Assembly: GCA_020348445.1 (NCBI GenBank)
Contig: CP070751.1
Location: forward strand, 2,197,613-2,261,612
Direction: 5' to 3'
DNA length: 64,000 nucleotides
Origin: Thermoplasmata archaeon
GTDB taxonomy: Archaea > Thermoplasmatota > Thermoplasmata > GCA-020350865
Shown here: piece by piece, positions 42,601-51,553 of the stretch
Numbering within the stretch: the stretch's first letter is position 1
How the letters are laid out: each line of letters begins with the position of its first letter
Made by a program: the position numbers and the translations under genes
The notes under the pieces: generated by a model
Database searches by the model: none
Seen by the model: only the letters and a program-made list of their open reading frames with translations
What the model was told of the DNA's origin: nothing

Positions 42601-42663
42601 GACTATAACATACGATCTTTTTAGTGTTTTAACCTTCTTCTCTCTTCGCCAGGTATTATTCGT
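39628..42663 (-). CDS. Secreted parallel beta-helix protein with C-terminal module Y (FnIII-like plus X-like half repeats); start uncertain
   Basis: The frame is open upstream of the tracked GTG (42597) and gives TNNTWRREKKVKTLKRSYVIVSVLF, similar to the N-terminus of 43581-46220. There is no ATG after the AAGGAGG SD; in-frame ACG at 42663. Confidence 0.85.
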   Translation of the reverse strand, partial: TNNTWRREKKVKTLKRSYVIVSVLFIMSTMVFIVPDKNLIQTSCGSATIYVPTDYSTIQDAINASNDGDTVYVYNGIYYEHLVVNKTINLIGEDRENTIIDGGGSGDVVRIIVDWVNISGFTITKNGPFQDQTGLKIISDNNTIFGNNIINNSNGIYLLSSSGNNISNNNFSSNGRDWGHSGIYFEGSNRNFITNNTAFNNGNGIYLTQSCNYNTITDNIAISNKGPGIRLDQYSNYNIITNNAVSNNSDGIMLFYSSYNIIVNNNISYNRYGINIETSCGNTLVNNMMLKDGIRIWGELVEHWNTHTIDTSNTVNGKPIYYWENRWGGTVPLGAGQVILANCEYVKLENYELRDVCIGIQLGFSNNNIIVNNTVSSNIMYGMTLRFSEYNTIVYNTVSKNRANGFHFYNSSYNTLTCNNVTNNNEEVYGVGIYITYDSNYNTITHNDISSNARNGISISLSIGNTIKDNTFTFHFYAIFLSSSNWNNIIGNNISNNVYGIRLDGISSQNNIIDNLVSNNGWGIYLQGSPNNRIYHNNIVDNNPTQAYDDRSDNFWDDGYPSGGNYWSDYGGVDDYKGPMQNILGSDGIGDTPYVIDLDSQDNYPLMDLIEGLGVPFLPPTLYINVSQDGEDVILNWDPPSNPDLAYYLLYRSPTQVDFDFDSVWVNTSSDFDITTEMSPIPLRTQWRDAKAALPGDDYYQEQFYYVIRAVNDDYEVTGTSRTVGKWTRIFPQGVSTFSLPLEPIEVLYTDNLTTNMNAEYIRYMNATTRTWMQHNFGDGDTNNTQMKLGEGYEVKFSSQTIYTFYGMPGAMISYHDNSGFLGFNPAFSAKNLQVDILPFGDVYLTWQEPAGMGSGDWYEVYYSNTRDGFFRDFGDDYFFARRVDYGTNTTTHNGIQANIPGARLYYMVVPFNVLGTQGASTYSIGIWTEEYFFGYDTMGIPLILDFNHTADWYCDNIPDTVGINYFDNNKQRWCWHSTIMPKGAFDIVLEMTKGYQISTSNNTKFIFIGI

Positions 42664-42749
42664 ATGTACACGCCCCCTCCTTATTCCGCATACTATTTAT
42701 TATATACATATTTGACATGGTTTTTAAGGTTTATAAAGATTCTGAGCTT

Positions 42750-42795
42750 AAAAAGAAAATAAAAAAGATGCTCAGGAGCTTGTTTTGCCCCTGAG
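42750..42795 (-). terminator. Hairpin plus U-rich tract downstream of small secreted gene A
   Basis: RNA CUCAGGGGC-AAAACAA-GCUCCUGAG (9 bp including G-U), then UUUUUUAUUUUCUUUUU. Confidence 0.65.
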
Positions 42796-42838
42796 GACTA
42801 AGAACCTAGTGCGTGAAATGTTTGGTCTGTCCTTATTA

Positions 42839-43306
42839 TTAATACCCAACAGCATCGATTTCTGGTCCGTAGATTGGATCTTCAAAAGATGTCTGACCCG
42901 TTGCACCAGTGATAAGGACCCATTGCCAGTATATTCCTGGAGTCGACGGTGTGGTAAAGTGGTAATCAGCTCCATCCCACCCAATCCCCAAAACTGCATC
43001 AGTTGTATTACCAATGGACTTTATCTCTACCCCATACGATTCATTTTCAGTAGAACCACCGTAGACCGTGAAAGTTGTGCTAGGGGGCATCGCATTGGTA
43101 ACGCCAAAATCGAGCACTAGTGTTCCGAGTGTTGATGGATTTGTCCCTGCAGTAGCAAAGGAATTATCAGGTGCACCTACTGCATCATTTACATTCTCAC
43201 AGTCAATAGATAATGATGCATCAATTATCCAAGGAGCAACTGCTGAGCCGCTCATAAGGATGGTTACGGCTAGTAATATTCCAAATGTTATGACAATCTT
43301 CTTCAT
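42839..43306 (-). CDS. Small secreted acidic protein, IYGPEIDAVG family, copy A
   Basis: Signal peptide ending SGSAVA; ATG at 43306 follows the GGGAGGTG SD; C-terminus DPIYGPEIDAVGY. Confidence 0.88.
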   Translation of the reverse strand: MKKIVITFGILLAVTILMSGSAVAPWIIDASLSIDCENVNDAVGAPDNSFATAGTNPSTLGTLVLDFGVTNAMPPSTTFTVYGGSTENESYGVEIKSIGNTTDAVLGIGWDGADYHFTTPSTPGIYWQWVLITGATGQTSFEDPIYGPEIDAVGY

Positions 43307-43342
43307 TTTTTTCACCTCCCTTTAAACCTGGTATTTATTCCG

Positions 43343-43357
43343 CGCCCCGCCTCGGCG
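43343..43357 (-). promoter_or_regulatory. Conserved leader motif CGCCGAGGCGGGGCG (mini-hairpin with SD-like loop)
   Basis: The same 15-mer (CGCCGAGGYGGGGCG) occurs at 46944-46958 and 50805-50819, 37-53 nt upstream of each small gene. Confidence 0.55.
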
Positions 43358-43580
43358 TGACCCATTCTACATACATTATCATAACCTGCTGTGATAGTCA
43401 ATATACTCCGACTCTTGGTCATTACCATCTTTTCACATTTGGACCTTTTAAGATGGCGCCCTCGCATACGAAGAGTTGAACTTCCCGCCACTCCCTTACT
43501 CATTTGAAATACGACATATATAAACTTTTCGACTTTAAAATATAGAAGAGCATAGATGATATTGTGTAGATTGGCATATT

Positions 43581-46220
43581 CTATAATGGAACTTCCCAAA
43601 CTACTTCATTCTTTGAGTGAACATAATATCCTCTTCCAATCTCGAAACCATCAGATGGTCCCATCTTCTCCCATCTCTGTCTTGCTGAATCATAAGTCCA
43701 GATCGCATTCACATCAGATGGGAAATCGATGTTGTTCAAGGCCGCGGTTCTGTCCCTATTGTTCAAAGAGGGATAGCCAACCATGTTCCAGCCTGGATGT
43801 AAAGCTATGTTCTGGTTATCGATCAGTCTGGTTCCATTATAGAAAAAAATCGTATCCCCTGGCTGAGTGATATGAACCCAAAAGCCCATCTTCTCGTTGA
43901 GCTCGAATAAATCGTTTCCATAAGGCTTGTTTATCTTGTAATGCTTCCATTGGTCTTTATTGTCGGTGATATTATACCATTGGACCGCATCATACAATCC
44001 ATCGATGGATTTAAGCACTTTTGTAAGGTTTTGTTCTTCCTGGATCAGAGGTAAGGAAATAAGGTTCCAGCCCTGTTTTAAAATCATAAAGTTCATGTTA
44101 GGCTCTATTAGCGGGTAATTATCCCGGGAATCCGAATCAATCATATAAGGATTCTTACCACCCCCTCCAATCGTCCCGTTATCAACTATACCATCGCTAC
44201 CTAATATGTCCTGACCTTCTCCATTATACTCATCATACGCCCCCTCGCTTGATTCATCGAAATCTGACCAGTAATTCCCTCCTGATGGATAACCATTGTC
44301 CCATCGATTTGCATTATTGGTGCCATCATAAGCTTGATTTGTATTGTTTATGATGTTGTTGTGGTAAATACTGTTATTTGTCGAGTCATTTAAATAGAAA
44401 CCATAGTTGCCACTCAAGATGACAGTATTACCTATAATGCCATTCCAGTCGGAGGAAGAGAGTAAGCGGATGCCATCCAAATTGTTCAAAGTAATATTGT
44501 TACCCATTATAGCATTGTTAATTGCCGAAGAAAGCCTGATGCCGTGAGTGCTATTCGAAATGTTGTTGCCTGATATTATATTGCCATCTGATGATGAGAC
44601 GTTTATACCTCTTAAATTGTCGGAGATATCATTACCCGTTATTTTATTGCTTGATGACCACACAAGAAGGATGCCATCATAAATGTTCGATGATAGTATG
44701 TTGTCTGTTATTATGTTGCTGTCTGAAAATTGGAAAAGATACAATCCATATTTATTATTCGTAATATTGTTGTTACATATGGTGTTTCTCATAGATAGAT
44801 ACTCGATACAGATACCGGATTCCTCGTTTGAGGAGATATTGTTGTTAAAAACATAGGTTTCGTTGCACCAAATGATATAGATCCCGTAATCGGAGTTTGA
44901 GAAGATGGTATTACCTGCGATGATACATCTATTGGATCCATCAATACGTATACCATCAACTCCGCTTTGCGAGATGTTGTTGCCTTCGATGATGGTCTCA
45001 TTGGATACCATGATAATGATACCTATTATACCAATCCGATGAAGGTGGTTGTTTTTAATGGCGGTTAAGGGGCTAGAATCAAGGTAAATGCCATGACCGC
45101 ACCAGTCGAAGGTATTGTTTTCGATAGTATGATTTGGTGAAAACCACAAGTAAATACCCTTAGGATTACTCGAAATATTATTATGTATTATGCAATTCCC
45201 ATTGCAATATAATAGACGAACACCAATTGCACCCCAGTTTGGAGAGATGGTATTGCCAATTATGTGGTTCCCATGAGAAGTATCAATGAACATGCCATCG
45301 GCGCCATTATTCGAAAATGTATTGCCTGAAATGTTATTTCTATGTGAACGATAAAGATAGAAGCCATTATAAAAGGTATTATCAACAATATTACCTATAA
45401 TGTTGTTTTCGCTGGAATAATAAAGACCAATACCATACCAGTAGTTACATGAGAAAACACCATTGCCTACGAGGTTATTATTAGAAGAAAAACCAAGTAT
45501 AATTCCGGCACAGACAGAAGAGATTACTTGACTCTCAACATTAACGTTCGTGCAGTTGGCAAGTATAACTTGGCCTGCGTCAGGGGGGACTGTGCCTTCT
45601 ATTTGGTTCTTCCAATATTGAATCGGTCTACCACTGATTGTGTTTGAAATGTCGATATTGTGACTGTTCCAGTTTTCAAGTTTCCCACCCTTGATATAAA
45701 TTCCACTATCTAACATAATATTGGCCGTAATATTATTTTCACAGGAATAATTGAGAGAGATTCCAATCCTGGTGTTAGTGAACTTATTGCCTGATATTGT
45801 ATTATGATCAGAATTTACTTTCAGTCCATCCACAACAGGATTTCCTGAGGTGATTGTGAATCCTGAGATATTTACCCAATCAACAAAAATCCTCACCGCT
45901 GGTTGACCCCCTCCACCATTGATTATTGTGCCATCCCTGTCCTCACCAGTCAGATTTATTATCTTATTAACTCCCACATCTTCATTATACGTCCCATTGT
46001 AGACATATACTGTATCCCCATCTTTTGCAGCATTTATCGCATCTTGTATTGTGGGATAATTAGTGGGGACATAGATTGTTGTTCCGCTGGAAATTTGAAA
46101 AAGATTATTATCAGGAGTGAATAACATTACAATCGATATAATAATAAGCATGCATATTATACCAGATGAACTTTTCAGTCTTTTAATCCGCTTTTCTCTC
46201 TTATATGTGTTAACATTCAT
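43581..46220 (-). CDS. Secreted parallel beta-helix protein with C-terminal module X
   Basis: TIYVPTNYPTIQDAINA head; about 20 beta-helix turns; GGNYWSD..DNYPL cap; GWNL..WEVPL tail. Confidence 0.9.
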   Translation of the reverse strand: MNVNTYKREKRIKRLKSSSGIICMLIIISIVMLFTPDNNLFQISSGTTIYVPTNYPTIQDAINAAKDGDTVYVYNGTYNEDVGVNKIINLTGEDRDGTIINGGGGQPAVRIFVDWVNISGFTITSGNPVVDGLKVNSDHNTISGNKFTNTRIGISLNYSCENNITANIMLDSGIYIKGGKLENWNSHNIDISNTISGRPIQYWKNQIEGTVPPDAGQVILANCTNVNVESQVISSVCAGIILGFSSNNNLVGNGVFSCNYWYGIGLYYSSENNIIGNIVDNTFYNGFYLYRSHRNNISGNTFSNNGADGMFIDTSHGNHIIGNTISPNWGAIGVRLLYCNGNCIIHNNISSNPKGIYLWFSPNHTIENNTFDWCGHGIYLDSSPLTAIKNNHLHRIGIIGIIIMVSNETIIEGNNISQSGVDGIRIDGSNRCIIAGNTIFSNSDYGIYIIWCNETYVFNNNISSNEESGICIEYLSMRNTICNNNITNNKYGLYLFQFSDSNIITDNILSSNIYDGILLVWSSSNKITGNDISDNLRGINVSSSDGNIISGNNISNSTHGIRLSSAINNAIMGNNITLNNLDGIRLLSSSDWNGIIGNTVILSGNYGFYLNDSTNNSIYHNNIINNTNQAYDGTNNANRWDNGYPSGGNYWSDFDESSEGAYDEYNGEGQDILGSDGIVDNGTIGGGGKNPYMIDSDSRDNYPLIEPNMNFMILKQGWNLISLPLIQEEQNLTKVLKSIDGLYDAVQWYNITDNKDQWKHYKINKPYGNDLFELNEKMGFWVHITQPGDTIFFYNGTRLIDNQNIALHPGWNMVGYPSLNNRDRTAALNNIDFPSDVNAIWTYDSARQRWEKMGPSDGFEIGRGYYVHSKNEVVWEVPL

Positions 46221-46307
46221 TCTTAAATACCTCTTCCATTATTTAACACAACATTTATTTACACACGTATTAGACATGATTTTGAAGATATAAATAATTA
46301 TTAGCTT

Positions 46308-46354
46308 AAAAGATAAATGAGAAAATGCTGAGAAGTGAGTTATACCCCCAGCAT
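46308..46354 (-). terminator. Hairpin plus U-rich tract downstream of small secreted gene B
   Basis: RNA AUGCUGGGGG..CUUCUCAGCAU: the stem extends to 10 bp only with G-U pairs on the minus-strand transcript. Confidence 0.6.
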
Positions 46355-46390
46355 CTATGAGCTTGGTTCGATAGGATAAATGCAATGTCT

Positions 46391-46897
46391 CTATGGATAT
46401 TCATAGCCAACTGCATCGATTTCAGGTCCATAGATTGTATCTGTTGCGTCAGTCTGACCATCTTCACCATCTATCTTTACATATCGCCATACATGCCCTG
46501 AGCCAGATGTTCCCGTTGTAAAGTTGTTGTCAACTGTATCCCAATTATTATTCCAAGGCCCACATGATGCGAGAAAATCATCTCGATATACCTCTACAGT
46601 ATATTCTTCTTTTAGTCCCCAACCATTTGTTCCAAACACTGTAAATAATTGGTTGTCGGGTATCCCCGTAAATCCCATATCGAGCCACAAGTCTCCAGTT
46701 GCAGGAGTAGGTTCATTTGTCCCAACTGTAGCATAAGAACTGTCTGGGGCACCAAGGGCCTCTTCTGGATTCTCACAGTCTACTGCGGAGTAAACAGAAC
46801 CTGCATAATACCAAGCAGCAACTGCTGAACCGCTAAAAAGAATTGTTGCGATTAGTAGTGTTCCTAACATTATTCCGAATGTTTTCACTTTTCTCAT
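46391..46897 (-). CDS. Small secreted acidic protein, IYGPEIDAVG family, copy B
   Basis: SGSAVA signal end; DCENP..PD..ATVGTN; DTIYGPEIDAVGYEYP. Confidence 0.88.
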   Translation of the reverse strand: MRKVKTFGIMLGTLLIATILFSGSAVAAWYYAGSVYSAVDCENPEEALGAPDSSYATVGTNEPTPATGDLWLDMGFTGIPDNQLFTVFGTNGWGLKEEYTVEVYRDDFLASCGPWNNNWDTVDNNFTTGTSGSGHVWRYVKIDGEDGQTDATDTIYGPEIDAVGYEYP

Positions 46898-46903
46898 CCT
46901 TTA

Positions 46904-47215
46904 TCACCTCCTCCCATTCGGGATTTTATTAGTATTTATTCCGCGCCCCACCTCGGCGCCTGCCATATCATAGCTCAAAAATGTCAAAGGGCTGTATCTA
47001 AAAAGGTTTAACGGGAATATCGTATTATCATCTCTCCTCTCCTGCCTTTCATTACCTCCGCCCTCTCCATGTTTTTTGATGGAGTTGTCACATCTCAAGT
47101 GGTAATGTTTCCCAACATACCTTCCAATGCATAACAGTTGCTAGATGGTGTATAAATACGTTTTGTGGAACGTTGCGCAAAAGATTTTTATACTAGAAAA
47201 TGTCCAGATAAAAAG
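46904..47215 (-). repeat. Upstream module of small gene B (leader plus promoter), homologous to 62545-62840 and partly to 50760-50925
   Basis: Near-identical blocks, e.g. ggtaatgtttcccaacat(a/g)ccttccaatgcataacagttgctag in B and D, and ggaatatcgtattat in B and C. Confidence 0.8.
47150..47193. promoter_or_regulatory. 44-bp back-to-back BRE/TATA element, central palindrome type 2
   Basis: GTATAAATACG-TTTT-GTGGAACGTTGCGC-AAAA-GATTTTTATAC. Confidence 0.7.
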
Positions 47216-47258
47216 AATATACCCATAACGGAATGGTGAGGAAACAATAAGTTTTACA

Positions 47259-50078
47259 TCAAATCCCAATAAAGATGAATTTCGTGGAGCTTGAAGTGGA
47301 TATTTGGTATCCTTTCGTCATTTCTAAAACGGTATCAAAAGCTCCCTCGGGCATCCTTATGGAATGCCACCACCAACGCTGGTTGCTGTCATTAAAATAG
47401 TTGATCCCCACACAATCAGGTATGTTATCACAATACCAATCAGCAGTATAGTTAACATCCAATTTCAGCGGTATCCCCATTGTATCATATCCCTCAGAAT
47501 ATTCCTCAGTCCAGATACCCACGCTGTATGTGCTCGCACCCTGGGTACCGAGAGCATTGAAAGGAACCACCATGTAATACAGATTTGATCTGGGATTGTT
47601 TGCACCTGCACCGACATGGGTGGTGGTATTGTTTCCGAAATAAACAGGAGGTTCTAACCGAGAATAATTGAAATTGATGTCTCCAAAGAAGCCATCCCTT
47701 GTATTAGAATAGTATATCTCGTAATAATCTCCTGGGGCCATACATCCAGGTTCCTGCCAGGTCAGGTTCACATCTCCATCAGGACTGATTGTAATTTCAA
47801 GGTTCTGGGCCTCGAACATCGGGTCAAAACCTAAAAAACTCTTGTCATCTTTGAAAATGATCATGGCACCGGGCATGCCGCAGAAAGTGTATTTGGTCGA
47901 CTTCTCGAATTTTACTTCATAAGCTTTACCCAGTTCTATGAGGGTATTATTATCAGGTAGTCCCCTGTTATGCTGCATCCAAGTGTGCGTTGTCGGACTC
48001 ATCCATTTGATAAAGCTGGCATTCATATCCTGACAATAGAACTCGGTATCCTTCTTTACAAAAGGCTCCAAAGGCAGTGAAAATGTCGATATCCCGGGTT
48101 GAAAAGTTTTTGTCCATTTTCCAACAGTCCTTGATGTGGAGCTGACTTCACCCGAATAAGTAACGGTTCTTATGATATAATAATACTCCTGGGGCGCAAT
48201 ATCAGAGGCATTCCCTGTATCATTCCAGGTAGTTCTCAAAGGTATGGTACCATTATCGTCATGCTGCGAAGTATTTACCCATACATTTGAGAAATCGAAG
48301 CCGGTCTGCGAAGTGGAGCGGTAAAGGAAATAATGCGAAATCCCTACCATACTCGGGGGAGTCCAATTGAGAATGATGTCATCTCCGACTGCTTTGATGT
48401 AAAGTGTCAGGGGTATACTATCGCGTTCTATCACTTCGAGAGCTTTAAAGGCGACATTATTACATTCTTTCAATTCTATTATCGTATTATCGGGATCGAC
48501 AACGACATAGATATTATGGGTCCCATTGGGATTCGCAGTCCACTGAACATCAACAATCGCATTACTTCCACCATCGATTGAAGGTATATATTTATCACTC
48601 CCTATCTGATAACTTCCGGGCTGGCTTGGATCGCCATTATAGAACCTGACAATAACATCCCTGGCTTCGCCAACACCTGTGTTGTGAATCGTCGCACTGA
48701 TTGTTACTATTGTATTATTTCCTACTGGACTTGATGGATCGAAGACAATATCACTGCTTTTTACCACCAAATCAGGTAGTTCCGCAGCAGGTGGAGGTGT
48801 CGTCAGAGGATAGTAATCCTTTGCACCTGAACCTCCGTCAAGAAGATAGGGGAAATCAACTATACCATCAGGTCCCATCTGGTCTTGATTCGGGCCGCTA
48901 GACCCATCCGGAGTTGTCCAATCGCTCCAATAATTTCCTCCGCTGGGATAACTATCGTTCCAAAAGTTGGTACCTACGTAATCTACCCCTTGAACACCGC
49001 TGCCGTTGTTATCGGTGAAGACGTTATGATAAATTGTGTTGTAACCGTTGTATTCGATATGAATGCCGTGATACAGGCTCAAGAAGATGGTGTTACCTAT
49101 GAAGTTGTTGTAGCTGGATTTAGTGACGTAGATGCCGTACCTGTTCGAGGAGATGGTGTTGCCGACAAAGGTGTTGTAGCTGGAATCTCTGACGTATATG
49201 CCCCACTTGTTCGAGGAGAGGATGTTTCCGACAAAGGTGTTGCAGCTGGAATCTCTGACGTATATGCCCCAACTGTCTGAGGGAGAGATGGTGTTATCGA
49301 TGATGGTGTTACCGAGGATGGTGTTGTTGCCGTAGCTGCAATAACTGATACCGATGCCGACAGTGTTCATAAAGAATGTGTTATTGACGATGGTGTTGTT
49401 GCTGGAGTAGCTGATCGCGATGCCCCCATTATTGTAGGAAAAATTGTTTTTAAAGATGGTGTTGTAGTCGCTCCACCAAAAACCGATGCCGATGCGGTTG
49501 TTAGTGACCGTGTTGTTGATAAGGATATTGTAGCTGGAGGTCCAGAAATAGAAACCATTTCCCCCCATAGGGACTCTATTATGACTGGCGATATTATTGG
49601 CGAGGAAATTATTGTCAGAGATATTTAGAAATATGCCGTATTTGTCATATGACACATTATTGTTAATGACTCTACAGTTTTGGACCTTATCAAGCTCTAT
49701 TCCTGCATGACCCCAGCCCAGGAAATCGCTCCCTATGGCAGTAAAACCTGTGATGTTCACCCAATCTGCATTGATATGAACCCCGTCCTCAATTCCCGTA
49801 GCATTGATTATAGTAGTATCCCTGTCTTCTCCGGTTAAATTTATTGTTTTATCAACAATCACATTCTCATAATAGGTTCCGCTATGTACGAAAACCGTAT
49901 CCCCATCAATTGCAAGACCTATACCACCATTTATCGTAGCCGAGTCGTTACCAAAGCCTGAGCCCACATAGATGGTGCTGCTTGCACTCGCTACATCAGA
50001 TTCGAACGTGATGAATCCTAAGAACCCTGCGGTGATTACCAGACATGCGATTTCAATCGAGGCCAGTTTTTTATTCGT
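47259..50078 (-). CDS. Secreted parallel beta-helix + CARDB protein with C-terminal module Y; start probably the ACG at 50078
   Basis: The frame continues upstream of the tracked GTG (49967) through a full signal peptide xNKKLASIEIACLVITAGFLGFITFESDVASA. AAGGAGG lies 6 nt before ACG, with an in-frame TAA just upstream of the SD. Confidence 0.85.
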   Translation of the reverse strand, partial: TNKKLASIEIACLVITAGFLGFITFESDVASASSTIYVGSGFGNDSATINGGIGLAIDGDTVFVHSGTYYENVIVDKTINLTGEDRDTTIINATGIEDGVHINADWVNITGFTAIGSDFLGWGHAGIELDKVQNCRVINNNVSYDKYGIFLNISDNNFLANNIASHNRVPMGGNGFYFWTSSYNILINNTVTNNRIGIGFWWSDYNTIFKNNFSYNNGGIAISYSSNNTIVNNTFFMNTVGIGISYCSYGNNTILGNTIIDNTISPSDSWGIYVRDSSCNTFVGNILSSNKWGIYVRDSSYNTFVGNTISSNRYGIYVTKSSYNNFIGNTIFLSLYHGIHIEYNGYNTIYHNVFTDNNGSGVQGVDYVGTNFWNDSYPSGGNYWSDWTTPDGSSGPNQDQMGPDGIVDFPYLLDGGSGAKDYYPLTTPPPAAELPDLVVKSSDIVFDPSSPVGNNTIVTISATIHNTGVGEARDVIVRFYNGDPSQPGSYQIGSDKYIPSIDGGSNAIVDVQWTANPNGTHNIYVVVDPDNTIIELKECNNVAFKALEVIERDSIPLTLYIKAVGDDIILNWTPPSMVGISHYFLYRSTSQTGFDFSNVWVNTSQHDDNGTIPLRTTWNDTGNASDIAPQEYYYIIRTVTYSGEVSSTSRTVGKWTKTFQPGISTFSLPLEPFVKKDTEFYCQDMNASFIKWMSPTTHTWMQHNRGLPDNNTLIELGKAYEVKFEKSTKYTFCGMPGAMIIFKDDKSFLGFDPMFEAQNLEITISPDGDVNLTWQEPGCMAPGDYYEIYYSNTRDGFFGDINFNYSRLEPPVYFGNNTTTHVGAGANNPRSNLYYMVVPFNALGTQGASTYSVGIWTEEYSEGYDTMGIPLKLDVNYTADWYCDNIPDCVGINYFNDSNQRWWWHSIRMPEGAFDTVLEMTKGYQISTSSSTKFIFIGI
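49142..49273. repeat. 66-bp tandem duplication (one beta-helix turn of 22 aa)
   Basis: Two near-identical units encoding WGIYVRDSS(C/Y)NTFVGN(I/T)(L/I)SSN. Confidence 0.85.
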
Positions 50079-50154
50079 AACAACCCTCCTTTACCTAAAC
50101 CCCTGTATCTATTCATTGTTTTTCTATCTTATACACTTTTCGCCTTTTAACCCA

Positions 50155-50204
50155 AAAGAATAGAAAAATAAGGAAATACCTGAGAGTGGGTTTTACTCCC
50201 AGGT
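50155..50204 (-). terminator. Hairpin plus U-rich tract downstream of small secreted gene C
   Basis: RNA ACCUGGGAGU-AAAACCC-ACUCUCAGGU (10 bp including G-U), then a U-rich tract. Confidence 0.65.
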
Positions 50205-50242
50205 TAGTTTGTATGTTATTTGTTCTATCTCCACGGTTAATG

Positions 50243-50752
50243 CTACCAGCCCACCGCATCTATTTCTGGGCCGTAGATTGTGTCATATTCGTTCTCAAAA
50301 TAGACGTCCCCTGATGTAGCAGTGATCTCATAATAGCGCCATTCAGGGTCTTCTGGGAACGAAGGTGTGGTAAAGCCTTGAGGCGAATCATCATCTCTGG
50401 ACCCTAGACTTGCATTTACAGTCATGCCATCGTTATAAATTTTTATGCTATAAGTTTCGACAATGTTAACGCCTGAACTACTATCCCAGCCATAAACCGT
50501 GAATGGCACATCTTCAGCCATCCAATTAGCGGAGTTCGGGCCTAGATCGAGAAGGATTTTTCCCAGTGTGTCCGGATTTTGTCCTATGGTAGCATAATTA
50601 TAATCTGGGCTGCTCTCTGCGTAATCGGGATTTGTACATGCACAAGTACCTCCAGGTACATACTCATATACCCATGGTGCGACTGCTGACCCGCTTATGA
50701 TAAATACCGCGGCTATTAATAGTGCTCCTAACATTACTACAATTTTTCTCAT
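50243..50752 (-). CDS. Small secreted acidic protein, IYGPEIDAVG family, copy C
   Basis: SGSAVA signal end; CTNP..PD..ATIGQN; DTIYGPEIDAVGW; SD GGAGGAGGTGA. Confidence 0.88.
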   Translation of the reverse strand: MRKIVVMLGALLIAAVFIISGSAVAPWVYEYVPGGTCACTNPDYAESSPDYNYATIGQNPDTLGKILLDLGPNSANWMAEDVPFTVYGWDSSSGVNIVETYSIKIYNDGMTVNASLGSRDDDSPQGFTTPSFPEDPEWRYYEITATSGDVYFENEYDTIYGPEIDAVGW

Positions 50753-50984
50753 TCTTAATCACCTCCTCCCCTTGAGATAAGGAGTTTATTGATATTTGTA
50801 TTGTCGCCCCACCTCGGCGTCCTACCATATCACAGCCCAAAAATATCAAAGGGCTGGTTTTAGAAAGTTTCAACTGGAATATCGTATTATTGTCCTTCCT
50901 CTCCCGCCTTGTTATCACCTCCCCTTACCACAGCAACCTTATCTACTCAAAGAGTTTGCAACGAGTATATAGTGCTCACTCCCT

Positions 50985-51028
50985 CTATAAATACCTTTTT
51001 GGTTAGCTAACCAAAAGGTTTTATATAT
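50985..51028. promoter_or_regulatory. 44-bp back-to-back BRE/TATA element, central palindrome type 1
   Basis: CTATAAATACC-TTTT-TGGTTAGCTAACCA-AAAG-GTTTTATATAT; the block 50985-51100 recurs at about 55890-56010. Confidence 0.72.
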
Positions 51029-51323
51029 TAGAACAACAGCCAGTTGATAGAAAGGTTTATATATGCAAAAGATTCGAAAAAATAAAGATGCTATCCAGAC
51101 TCGATTTTTATTAAACTTTTTAGTTATTGAGCATATTTCACAGAATCCAAAACAGTTTTAAATCTCGTGACTTCCTTTAACTTCTCTGGACGAATCATTC
51201 AAGTAAATTCAAAACTTCTCAAATTATTCGATAATGCTTTTACCATATATCTATCCCACCATAATATGAATTTATGTAACAGTCTATCATTTTTCAATAA
51301 TATTTCTATCAGGTAAACAACTA

Positions 51324-51367
51324 TTATAAAAACCTTTTGTACAAATTTTCACAAAAAACCTAAATAC
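51324..51367. promoter_or_regulatory. Degenerate fifth copy of the 44-bp element, with a different core
   Basis: TTATAAAAACC-TTTT-GTACAAATTTTCAC-AAAA-AACCTAAATAC: same spacing, partly palindromic core. Confidence 0.45.
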
Positions 51368-51553
51368 AACTTTATATAATAATAAATCAGAGGGGGAGGT
51401 ATAAAATATTGCAACCGATTATGATGAGATAACTGCGAAGACAATATATAAAGACCAGTTTCGATCTGACCATGAAATTTCGTAATATTTTTATCTCAAG
51501 CTATACTTATAGAAATAATCAGATTGTTGCGAAACTTGCGAGGATTGGCAGAA

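Noticed and set aside
46904-47098. Leader ORFs (also 50664-50918 and 43312-43599) as a peptide family
   Set aside because: The shared residues only reflect conserved leader DNA. Copy B has a 1-nt indel relative to C and D, and starts and stops are not conserved.
47088-47132. 14-codon uORF MHWK(V/A)CWETLPLEM, repeated at 62716-62760
   Set aside because: It lies in a recently duplicated block with only three differences (two synonymous). Its ATG is predicted a few nt upstream of the likely TSS, and it is absent from copies A and C. Not supportable without TSS data.
47215-47258. Possible third X relic (in-frame ..FLTIPL) behind 47259
   Set aside because: Only IPL matches. There is no GY-x-IH or W and no stop after PL, so this is consistent with chance.
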